Origin: Paraspadella gotoi
Taxonomy: Eukaryota; Animalia; Chaetognatha
Direction of reading: 5' to 3'
DNA: 64,000 nucleotides
Assembly (NCBI GenBank): GCA_051294375.1
Contig: CM119268.1
Location: 23,569,938 to 23,633,937 of the forward strand
The notes beneath the pieces were generated by a model. That model was not told the DNA's origin and ran no database searches. It saw only the letters and a program-made list of their open reading frames with translations. This document shows, in pieces, positions 13,247-24,319 of the stretch; position 1 is the first letter of the stretch; each line of letters opens with the position of its first letter. The position numbers and the translations under genes were made by a program.

Positions 13247-14996
13247 GTAGAAAATACGTAGTTAGTATGTCTTTTTCTCTCCCACTTTTTTTCAGTTTAC
13301 TTCAATACTTTTTGTTTTTAAATCTTCGTCCAGTGTTAAATTCTAATACGGTACTCGTTTTATAATTTTTGAAAAAATTGGAGGCTTTTTCCGACCCGTC
13401 CTAATCCCAAATTTAATCTTAAATTTCATCTCAATTTTAATCTTGGGTTCTGCATTTGGGTGAAGTGAAAGTTTGGAATCAAAATTTAGCAGTTATATCT
13501 TGAAAACTATCATATTAGTGAATACTAATCTGTAATTATTTTTCTTTTTTTATAAATATAGTAGCCCAGTCAGCTTATTTTGTATATAGTACTACCCTTA
13601 TATAATGTCAAAATTTTAAAATGGTTTTTTTTTAATTCTGAGAACAGATTCAGATTCCTCGTTAAAAGTTAATAAAAGAAAGTATAAATCTTTTTCAAAA
13701 ATTATGTCATTAAGTAGGTTAAAATTACAAAAAACTATATTTTTAAGCTGGAAATTTAAAATCGGCGTCTTAAAGAATCTCACGTCTTTTACTTACACAT
13801 AACTATTCAGGCAGGACGCCACATTATCTCAACCAATTTTTTTTTCTATACCTTTTCCCTGATTCTTTTTCTTTATCTCTTTTCTTCTTTTTATTTGTAT
13901 TTTTCTTTCCCTCTTTCCTCCCCTCCTTCTCATACCGTCAATTACCATTTTTTTGGCCCTACCTTTTTCTGCCATTCTTTTAATTTCCTCACCTTTTTTT
14001 CTCTTCTTCATTCTTTCCCGTTTTTTTACCCTCTTTTTCTTTCCATTTTCCCCTCTTTTTGTACCTTTTATTTGTTATACTATATTTTTTGCCATTTGCC
14101 TTCTTTTTTTGGCCATTTGCCCCCCTCTGTCATTCTCTCCTGACTACATTTACATTGAGCAAAATAAAAAAAAATTTTTGTTTGCATTATAAGAAAAAAA
14201 ATTAATGGTAATGAAGGATTTTATTTCAATTTTGGTTGCCTAACAGATTTAATAAATTGACAAATTTTGCGGAAAATTTTATCGCAAAATCTATCGATTT
14301 TGAAAAAAAATAATTCCTGACCCTTTCATTGTATTAAAAGGATGCGGTTTTTTTGTTTTATTAACGTCTATGTGTATATCATCTTTTAAAACTAATAAAT
14401 GAATTGAAAATATTCTCTTTATCAAAAATGAAAGTCACAAAAGTCACAAATTAATAGCCGTCTTTAAAAATTATTTGTTGCTAAACAAAAAAAGTTTTAT
14501 TGATAATATTGTAGGTGTTAAAATCTTATTCAATAGGCTATATTTTTTGTTAATTTCAACCAATTTGAATTATTTTTGTTCAACAAATTATGATAAAGAC
14601 TGAAAATGAAACTTTTTACTTATCAAATTTAAAATTAATTAATAGGCAAACTATAAATGATTTAACCGAATAAATATACCCGGAGGTAAAAAAGATAAGG
14701 AAGAACAGATTTCCAAAGTAAAAAAATTTTCTCAACTTTCTTTGACATTCAAATCAGAAGACGAAAGTAAAAATGGACAAAAATGGACAAGATTTTTTTC
14801 CCAAAAAGTTGCCAAAATGGTACTCTTTTATCATTAGAAACGGGTTGAGATGATTTTAACCAATCCTTAGTTTGGCCCAATTTGTGTTGTGTTACAAAGT
14901 TATTCAATATTGTAAGTAACAACTGAACAATATTGGAAAGAGTCGTTTTTTTCCTAAATGCAATGTTTGTAAGCGGAACCCTTGATATTTTATTAG

Positions 14997-15116
14997 GTGA
15001 CGTAACTCAAACTAAATGTTGGCTATGCTCTCAATGCAATAGCGTTGATCTACCATTTGCCAAAACAACGGAATGTATACCAGGAATACGAAAACAATCT
15101 AGTTCGGGATCGGCAG
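14997..15116 (+). CDS. Exon 2 of Cys-rich protein
   Basis: Acceptor attttattag|GT; reads (G)DVTQTKCWLCSQCNSVDLPFAKTTECIPGIRKQSSSGSA in frame with exon 1; donor GCAG|gttcgt, phase 1. Confidence 0.75.
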
Positions 15117-15311
15117 GTTCGTAAAGTTTTTGTTTAAATGATTAGTGGTAATAACCTTTCTTTTTCGTTGTTATATGTATTTGGCAAAAATGATTTTTGT
15201 TTCACAACGAATTTTATTTTATCATATAAACGTACATGCTTCGGCTTTGGATGCAAGCCTTCTTCAGCGTCAATGATTTGTGAAAATTTGTACAGTTTTT
15301 TGTGTGAAAGA

Positions 15312-15380
<69 letters not shown>

Positions 15381-15485
15381 CAAAGTTCTTATTCAAAACT
15401 AAAATCTCTATCTGTCCTCATTCTTAACCTGTCCTCACCACTTGACCACTATTCTTTTTCTCAACTCTGTGTTGGAAACTTTGCC

Positions 15486-15568
<83 letters not shown>

Positions 15569-15748
15569 TCTTTCACACAAAAAACTGTTTAAATGATTGA
15601 AATAACTTAGCCTAATTTTAAATTCATCGTCTCTGCTAAAAATTGAAAAAAAAAGTGTTTCAATTTAATTATTTAACAAAAAATTAAAAAATGGAGCGTT
15701 GAAGAAAGTAAATTAATTTTTTTTAAATTTTTCTCTTAATCTTTATAG

Positions 15749-15889
15749 GGGGACCTATTACGTGTACCAAGGATACGGCCGACGAGTGTAAGAAAATGGG
15801 AACAATTGATAACTGGATCGCTATAGACGGCCAGCGTATCGACTACAAAGGAATCAAAACCACTGGCTGTTGCGTCCTTACTAACGCCG
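15749..15889 (+). CDS. Exon 3 of Cys-rich protein (too short for the ORF track)
   Basis: Acceptor ttctcttaatctttatag|GG; reads (G)GPITCTKDTADECKKMGTIDNWIAIDGQRIDYKGIKTTGCCVLTNA; donor GCCG|gtgaga, phase 1. Confidence 0.8.
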
Positions 15890-16400
15890 GTGAGATAGAT
15901 AGATAGATAGATAGAAAGATAGATAGATAGATAGATTATTGAGTTAATTTTTGAAATCTGTTAAATTTGGTTAGCCTCTTAGTCGCTCCGCTTTTTTTCC
16001 TCGGTCAGTCGGTACGTCTATGTCCGTTTTCTTTTCAAATGCTCGTGACTCTTTTAATACTTTATCAATTTGTTGTATAATTGGTTTTAGGATAAGGTTT
16101 GTATATATGTATCATAATTATACAAAAATAGCGCTAGACTTTTATTGAATAAGACATAACTTATTTTTTTTAGTTACACAAAGAAACTCATAAGATACTT
16201 TTTGGTCGGTTTGTCAGAGTCTGTCTGTCTGTCCCACTTATGTGTAAAATGCTTATCACTCGGTTATGAAAATATGGTAATATATATCATACATGTAAAG
16301 TCACGTGATCACCTTAAAAAGTGATCACATGACCCAAAATGTAATGCGCTTTAAATTTAGTTGATCTTTCCGACTGCAATCTAAGCCCTAATCCTAACCC

Positions 16401-17214
16401 TTTAGTTTTTAGTCGGATCTGCTTTATAATTCACTTTGTCGGTCCGTCGGTCCGCCCCCTCAATCTTGTCGGGCATTCACTTATATCATGTCAGAAAATT
16501 GAATTATAATAAATTATGCCAAAAAAAATGATGTCCGTCCGTCCATCTGTCTGTCTGTCTGTCTGTCTGTCCGTCCGTCCGTCCGTCCCACCTTAGCAAA
16601 AACACCAATTACTCGTGATTGGATGGATGGATTGGAATGAAATTTTGTGTGTGGGTTGGGAAGTATGTGATTGAGCTGGATATGAAGTTTCGATGGAATC
16701 GTCCGAGTGGAAATGAGTTTAAATGGAAATAAAAATATATATTTCACTATTTGAATACCAATAATTACTCATGAGTGGATGGGGCGATTGACTTGAAATT
16801 TTGTTTTTGGGTATAAAAGTGTGTGATTAAACTGGAAATCAAGTTTTGATGGAATCGTTTGAGTGGAAATGAGTTTAAATGGAAAAAAACAAAGAACCTG
16901 TTTCACTAATTGATTATGCTTCTTTTTCTTTTTATTTAAAATGTAAATGCAAGATGTATTAATTAATCAAATAATTAATCAGTTAATTAATCAATTAGTC
17001 AATTAATCAATAATTTATTAATCAGTTAATTAATCAATCAAAACAAACATTTCATATCAAATTAATTAATTGCCTAATTAATTAAATAATTAATAATAAA
17101 TTAATTTATTAAATAATTAACTTTAATTTATTACTAATTAATTATTAATTAATTAATTAATTAATTACCGATAATTGTCGTTGGCAGATCCGACATTGTT
17201 TGCTCAAATTTGTT
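16401..17214 (+). mobile_element. Apparently full-length DINE-1/HINE-like non-autonomous element in intron 3 of the Cys-rich gene
   Basis: 11-bp subterminal inverted repeats GTCGGATCTGC (16412-16422) and GCAGATCCGAC (17184-17194), (GTCC/GTCT)n microsatellite, internal ~130-bp tandem duplication; the 3' end is also present at ~2445-2476. Confidence 0.75.
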
Positions 17215-17556
17215 ATAACAAGATCGGTTCATGCAATGTGTTCCGTCGCAGTAAATTTATTTTCAAGTTTATTTTCCTTTTATCACATGACATGATATGA
17301 CTAACAAATTTTTATTAATGTATTTATGACATGCACTGCATCGAAATTCCGTCTTTTATTCCCTATAGTTTTAGGATTTCTTGAGGGCGGCGCTAGCAGT
17401 CCCTTAGATTTGAGGTTTTTTCCTTTTCTAACAAAAGAGCAATGAACTATAAGCAAATTATATATAGATTTTTAACGTAAGTGGGACAGACCGACGGACC
17501 GACGGACCGACTCGGAATTTAAATTACCATTCTGTTTTTTTTTTTTTTTTTTATAG

Positions 17557-17846
17557 ATGGAAGTAGCATTGGAATTTGTCTCGACGGTTGCGATTGTACT
17601 ATGGAAGCATTCAAGGCGAAAACCGGTGCAACTCCTAACAAAATTGAATGGTTCGGTGACCCGTGCTCGAACGGGAGCAGTAGCAGTGGCAGTAATGCTG
17701 GCGGTGGAAGCAGTACTAGCGGAAGCGATCGGCCAGAAGCGGAAGGATTCTCCCTTTTCATTCAGTTGGCCTCTTCTGTTGTGATCTTCTTGGCGATGAA
17801 AAATAGAGAGACTGTATATGGGGCACGCAGTCTGCTGGGGCTGTAG
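17557..17846 (+). CDS. Exon 4 (terminal) of Cys-rich protein: end of module 2, Ser/Gly spacer, hydrophobic C-terminal segment
   Basis: Acceptor poly-T-atag|AT; reads (D)GSSIGICLDGCDCTMEAFKAKTGATPNKIEWFGDPCSNGSSSSGSNAGGGSSTSGSDRPEAEGFSLFIQLASSVVIFLAMKNRETVYGARSLLGL*. Spliced CDS is 738 nt = 245 aa + stop. Confidence 0.8.
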
Positions 17847-17865
17847 AAATTGAGAGCCTGTAGAT

Positions 17866-18633
17866 TAGGGTGTTTAAAAATAACAAAATATTACAAATCG
17901 AATAAGGTACATTTTAGTGTAAACAAGTCTGTAGAATTCGATGGTAATGACCTTTTTTTTTGTATAATTTTATCTTTCTTGTCGAAAATGACGATTTTTA
18001 ATGTATATAAAATTGTCATAAAAAGAAAAAGAAATATAAAAATAAAGACTTATAAGTAAGTAAGTTTATTTCTAAATTTTATATTTTATAACAAGTTAGT
18101 TAGCTATATTTATTAATAATTATAAATAAAAATTAGGTTAAAATTAAAAAATAATAATTTCAAAATTTTATTCCTGGATTTGCATTCCTTACAAAAAGTT
18201 AATAAAAGAAAATATAATTTTTATTCCAAAGTTATGTCATTAAATTGGTCCAAATTCAGAAAAACTATAATTTTAATTTTTTCACTTTAGCTTTTTTTAT
18301 TATTATATATTAATAAACATAGCTAACAAACTGTTAATAAAATATAAAATTTGTAAATAAACTTACTGAAATATTTGTATGGGTTTTTATTTTCATATTA
18401 TGTAAGCTAAATATGTTTTTTATAAAATTTTAATAATTGTAGTTTCTTATACTCTACAACGTTTTTTCCATTTGAATAGTACCTTTTATGCTGCAAAAAT
18501 CGCCATTTCCGACAAAGAAGATGAAACTATACAAAAAACTGGTTATCAAAATCGAATTCTACAGACTTGATTACACTAAAATAGCTATGTACCTTACTCG
18601 ATTTGTTATATTTTGTTATTTTTAAATACCCTA
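17866..18633. mobile_element. hAT-type MITE (768 bp, fold-back structure)
   Basis: Termini TAGGGTGTTTAAAAATAACAAAATAT / ATATTTTGTTATTTTTAAATACCCTA, long imperfect inverted arms, exact 8-bp target-site duplication CTGTAGAT (17858-17865 and 18634-18641). Confidence 0.88.
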
Positions 18634-18950
18634 CTGTAGATGGGGCTGATGGGGCTGTAGAAATTGAGAGCTTCTAGATGGGGCACGTAGTCTGCTGGGG
18701 CTGTAGAAATTAAGAGCTTGTAGATGGGGCACGCAATCTGCTGGGGCTGTAGAAATTGAGAGCTTGTAGATGGGGCACGCAATCTGCTGGGGCTGTAGAA
18801 ATTGAGAGCCTGTAGATGGGGTACACAGTCTGCTGGGGCTGTAAAAACAAAGAAGCTTTTGATGGCTCAAGCACTCTGCTGGGGCTGTAAAAATCGAGAG
18901 CTCTTAGATGGGACACGCAGTCTGCTGGGGCTGTAGAAACTAAAGGGCTT
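18634..18950. repeat. 46-bp minisatellite (~7 units; one more unit at 17812-17865 on the other side of the MITE)
   Basis: Unit tagatggggcacgcaatctgctggggctgtagaaattgagagcttg repeated in tandem. Confidence 0.92.
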
Positions 18951-19344
18951 CTGCTTAGGCATGTCGCTTTGAAAAATTCTCGAGCTTTGAGGATAAGTTT
19001 GCTTATTATTTCTAAAAAAATTGTTTGTTCTCCAAACTTAAAAAAGGCAATAGAAAGATTATAATCGCAAATTTATAAACAAAGTAAATCAATGTTTATT
19101 TCTTTAAAAGCTTATTGGAATTAGAATCAATAAGATAGTAATTGACAAAATGCAGAACGCTAGGCCTCTCTCAATAAATGTGACAAAGAGAATCACAAAA
19201 CTTTGTTTCATAAAATTCACTTCCGTTTAACAATCAGTCAACGTAACAGTTTTATTTTTCTGTTGATAGTGAAATAAATTTTGTGAGTCTGTAGTCGGGC
19301 ATTGCCTTAGTTCACCCCGCCTATAAGCATTACTCTTACACTTT

Positions 19345-19458
19345 CAGTTGTGACCCGGTTGCTCAATGCTCATTGAGTAAAGCCGTCAGCTCATGACCAC
19401 TTGGTACCGAGATTAAACCCAACCCGGTGGGAAGCATGAGGACAGCCGTAAACTACCT
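19345..19458 (+). mobile_element. tRNA-derived SINE-like element, copy 3 (3'-truncated)
   Basis: gttgtgacccggttgctc..cattgagtaaagccgtcagctcatgaccac..gggaagcatgaggacagccgtaaac is shared with copies 1 and 2. Confidence 0.65.
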
Positions 19459-20514
19459 ATAATAATTATTAAATGTTACTATTCGAGATTACAATATCAA
19501 TTGTATTATTTTCGTTGACTCGAGATCATGAAACTCGTTTCTTAGCTCCACGGGGCGTCGACTTCGTTCACTCTGTCTCTATCGCTTCGTGTTTCTGTCT
19601 CTTTCTCGCCCAACTTGCGTCATATCAAAGCTAACTTACCACAAAATGACTCATCGTTAAATCTGGATTTTGGTGGGTAAGTATTCGTGTAACGAATAAG
19701 TAAGACATTATTATGATTACAAAATGTAATTTGTTTTATTTGTAACGAGAACTTGGAATTCATCAACATTTAATGTAACAAGAGCACAGAAAAGATAATA
19801 ATCTTTGATGTTAAGAAATAGCTAAAATAATATAAATTGATGTTAGTATATTTAAAATTATTTCGCTTCTGGAAAAAACTTTTTTTTCAGTTTGGTCTAA
19901 AATACAAGTTCTTTAACAAATTAAATTTGCTATTAAATATAAAGAATTTACTGTAATAATAATGCTCCCCCCCCGAATAAAAAATCGACAATGTATTTTG
20001 TTATTGTTCCGAATTTCTATTTTAACAATTTGAACAAAATTTTAAAAGAATTTTTAAAAGAAATATAAACTAAAAACTCGAAGGAAATCAAAATCATAAA
20101 CATCACTGTCGAAAAATTTTGTACGACTTGAAAAAAAAATTGAGTTGAAACTCAAAACAAAAACAAAGAATCACAGCTTAAGTTGACTGAGAGGGAGAGA
20201 GAGGGAGAGAGAGGGAGAGGGGAAAAGGGAGAGAGAGATGGAGAGAGGTGATAGTTTTATGACTTAGAATTCGACAAATATCAACTGGAGGGGTATGAGG
20301 TACGACGACGANNNNNNNNNNNNNNNNNNNNNNNNNNNNNNNNNNNNNNNNNNNNNNNNNNNNNNNNNNNNNNNNNNNNNNNNNNNNNNNNNNNNNNNNN
20401 NNNNNNNNNNNNNNNNNNNNNNNNNNNNNNNNNNNNNNNNNNNNNNNNNNNNNNNNNNNNNNNNNNNNNNNNNNNNNNNNNNNNNNNNNNNNGAGAGACC
20501 GACCGACCCCCACC

Positions 20515-21158
20515 TCAAACAATATTACCACACCCTGTCGCCTCTTGAAACAATTTACAATGAAGAGATCTCAGTCTTGAAGGATCGAATCTTTCGTCGA
20601 ATCCCTTAATCCTCAGAACGTTAGTTTCCGATCCATAACTTCCGTAGCTCAACGTCACTTGCTTATTAATCTGCGAAGGAGGAATTAATCTCATGGACTC
20701 CAAATGCGAATGAAATCTTTCCACGACGGTCAATCGAGTTCCTAACACGTGTTCGGCGACGTAACCCATCGTGATGTCGTCCGTCATTCGAATGGCGTCA
20801 CCCACGCGCCGGAAACGCCCATTTCCCGCGACGGGCGCCATCTTATCGGCGAGAGAACGAGAGACGCAGAAGCCAGCGCCTCCCGTGGCGAACCAGAACG
20901 AGGCTCGGTTGTTGTTGTTGTTGTTGTTGTTGTCGCCGGGGGAGTGGGAGAGATGATTTCGGTCGACGATCTCGATGGGATGGCGTAGAGAAGGTTTGCC
21001 GAGATACCAGTCTTCGCGATGATCGTAGCTCCTTAGCAGATGCAGCATCTCAGGGATGTTGACGTAAGTGTCGTCGTCTACGTGGCAGAACCAGCGCTTT
21101 TGGAGGGAGTCGCGCTACGGAGCGTCCAATTCGTGGGACATCTTGAACAGCAGAGAGC
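20515..21158 (-). CDS. fng: Fringe glycosyltransferase, coding exon 2 (catalytic domain); net +5 nt of indels at ~21090-21150 in this copy
   Basis: Acceptor ctctccag|GCTCTCTGC; motifs ALCCKM (reconstructed with the copy at 49049), [44 protein letters not shown], DPSR; stop TGA at 20517-20515. Confidence 0.93.
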
Positions 21159-21187
21159 CTGGAGAGCAGAGAGAGAGTTGAGAGGAG

Positions 21188-21222
<35 letters not shown>

Positions 21223-22136
21223 TCGAGAGAGATGAGAGAGAGAGAGAAGAGGGAAAGACACGGATTAGTTTGGTAGGATCGGTCAAAATTGATAAAAAAT
21301 CAAACCTCAAATTCTTAATGTTGTATAAACACTGTTTTAAAATTAACAATTTCGTTAGTTTAAAAGTTTTAAAAAGTTTTGGAATACAAATTTTTAAAAC
21401 TGAAAAAGTGTTAAAACCGAAGTTCGTAAGATAAAAATTCAAGTTTTATGTTACAATTTTAAAAATTTAATAGTTTAACTAAAAAAAAAGAAAGTAAAAG
21501 AGAAAAACTAAAACGATCACAAAAAAAAATAAATAAAAAATCCTAATAAAAGAAATTTTTGGGTCATTTTTTTCCCCGGGGACATTTTAAGACCACAATA
21601 AAAAAAAGTTTTCCTTTTGGGTAAAAAAACTCGAGAGAGTTAATTTAGCTCGAATCGCTTCGAGGGTTAAGAGCTGAAGGATAAATGTCAACCCTGGACC
21701 TATTCAGAAAATATGCCTTCCGGGCAATTCGTTTTTGTTCTTAGAATTATAAATTGGGTTTTGTGTCACAAATTGTGAGCCTTAACCTCACTTTTTCCAT
21801 CTTTCACTTTCGTTTTCTCTTTGTTATCAGATTCTTTCACTACTTTTTTATGCTCGTTTGTCTTTTGATAAAATATAAACTGAGGATTGTTTACTTTTGG
21901 AGTCTCCGAAAAGGTTCGTACGTTTGGAACGTTTGTTCCTACTTTATTTTAAATATATCATTTACGATTTTCCATTAACTCTTCTCCGAGTTTTGACTTT
22001 TGTCACGAATTTTCACATTTTTCCATTCAACTTTTGTTTCACAAAGATCATACTCATCTTTCCATTCACGCTCCACCCAGTTTCCTTTTTTTTCACAGAC
22101 ATTTCACACTCCACCCAATTCCCTTCTTTTTCTCAC

Positions 22137-23042
22137 CTTCCTATTATGACTATTACTACAATTCGTAGCCAATAATTTATCGCCGATCCTTCGCCTCAAT
22201 TTCTCATCTTCCGCGTCGGACACAAATATCGTCTGCTCTCGAACGAACGAGACCCAAGTGTCCAATAAAATCGGGAGACGCGAAGAGTGAAACTTGGCCG
22301 AGGTTTTCACCGTGAAGAGAATGTCCTTCAGTTCGGTCTGTGGAATGTCCGCGGCGGCAGCGGCTTCGGCCACTGCTGTAGAGGCCTCTGCAGCACCCGT
22401 AGATCCACCGACAGCTTCCGTCAAACGTCTTTGTCGTTCGAGTTGCCGCCGTAGCAACTCTTCCTGCTGTCGCTGGACTTGCCGCAACCTCGTGGCTTCG
22501 TCGATGGGCGGGGGACGAACGACTGCGGCTGCTTTGAGTCTACGGAGGAGTTGAGGGTCGGAGGAGGCGGCGTCGACCTGCCGCCGGGGCTGCTGAGGCT
22601 GTAGAGGCTGCAGCGGAGGTATCTCGTTCGTCTCGACGAAAGAGTTGGGACGGGTGATCTCGTTGGAGCTGCGAAGGGTGCGGACGAGGCGGTTGGAGGC
22701 AAAGGAAGCGGAGACGTCGACAGACCTTTTCGTCCTTAAGGTCTTCGTCTCTTCGACCACGCTCGACGATCCTCTCGGGGAATGAAGGCAGAGCAGCGCC
22801 GCACAACAGAGCAGCAGAAGAGTCAACGAAGTCTGGAAGGCGCGTTTGACGAGCAGACGATTCTGGCGCCGGGAGGGGCTGGAGGCGGCGCTGGTTGCAG
22901 TGCCAGTTGCTGTTCTAGTGGAGTGAAGGCGGCAGGAGCAACGGAGTCCGTCGTGATGATTATGTAGCGAGAGGTGAGGATCGAGAGGAAAGGAGTGGAG
23001 CCAAGTAGTGGAGCGAGGGAAAGGGAGCGGTTGAGAAGACAT
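22137..23042 (-). CDS. fng: Fringe glycosyltransferase, coding exon 1 (N-tail, hydrophobic anchor, stem, start of catalytic domain)
   Basis: 302 open codons with DILFTVKTSAKFHSSRLPILLDTW..TIFVSDAED..TNCSNSHNRK, matching the fringe consensus; donor AAG|gtgaga is phase 0 and joins exon 2. Protein ~514 aa. Confidence 0.92.
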
Positions 23043-23945
23043 TTTGTGATAAGGGAGGAGTTTTGTGATAGGAGTTTGGTGATAGGAGTTTTGGTGATAG
23101 AGCGAATCGAAGAAATGAGTTGGGATTCGACACTTTTTAAATAATAGGTTTTTGGGAGATTTATTTATTGATTTTTTTTTTGATAAATCCTTAATTTTAT
23201 TTTCAACTTCGAACTTTAAAAAGGTAAGTTTACGCCCAAATCAAGTTTTTCCACTTCGGGTTTAAAATTTCTTCTTGAATTTTCTAGTTTTTCTGGTTTT
23301 TAAGAAGAAAAAAAGAATTTCTTTTTTTTTTTTTTATTTCGCGACCAAATTTTTAGAGTTTTTCTTTTTTCGTTTTCGAGTTAAAGTTTGGATTTCGTCC
23401 AACTTTTTATCGAAGAGAAGTTTCTTCTCTTTTTCCTTTTTTTTCTTCTCTTTTTTCTTTTTTGTTATTTTCTTTTTGTTCTTCTGACTAAAAATATTTT
23501 CTAATCAACTTTTATTTCCAAAGTTCAAAGTTTTTTCTCCGAAAAAAAAATTATATTTTCTTTTTTTTTCGATGAAAAGAAAAAAAAAGTTCAAATTGTT
23601 GAAAAGTTGATTCGAATTGGAAGAGAGAGAGCGAGACTAAACTTATTGTCGAAGGGTTTTTTTTTTCTCTCTCTTTGAAGTAGAGAGAGAGAGACAGAGA
23701 GCGAGTGGGTTCTGCGGTCTCTCGTCTTTTCGAAAGCGAAGAGATGCGGAGAAATGCGGGAGAGAGACAGAGTCAATGGATCTTCGTAGGAGGAGGAGGA
23801 GGAGGAGGAGGAGGAGGAAGAAGTCGACGAGAAGTCTAGAGGACGACGACGACGAAGACGACGACGAAGAAGACGACGACGACACGTCGTCGTGAATTCA
23901 AANNNNNNNNNNNNNNNNNNNNNNNNNGGCCATGCGGAGAGTACG

Positions 23946-23982
<37 letters not shown>

Positions 23983-24129
23983 AGAGCAGAGAGAGAGAGA
24001 GAGAAGAAACGCGCTGCTTGGAATTTTTTTTCGACCGGGGATGAAGGAAGGGATAGAAGGAGGAGGAGGAGGAGGAGAGAGGAATAGAATAGGTCCAAGA
24101 GAGAATTAAAAAAAGATAGGAAAGAGAGC

Positions 24130-24168
<39 letters not shown>

Positions 24169-24281
24169 AAGGAAAGTCACATGGTTTTTAGGGGAGGAGG
24201 ACTAAGAGAAGTTTTTTGGGTTAGTGACCACGTCGTAGTCTCTTCTCTCTCTCTCTCTCTCTCCTCTCTCTTCTCTCTCTC

Positions 24282-24319
<38 letters not shown>

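Noticed and set aside
18634-18950. Regular 46-bp repeats as a CRISPR array or a repetitive ORF
   Set aside because: Head-to-tail units without unique spacers in eukaryotic DNA; the unit length is not a multiple of 3.
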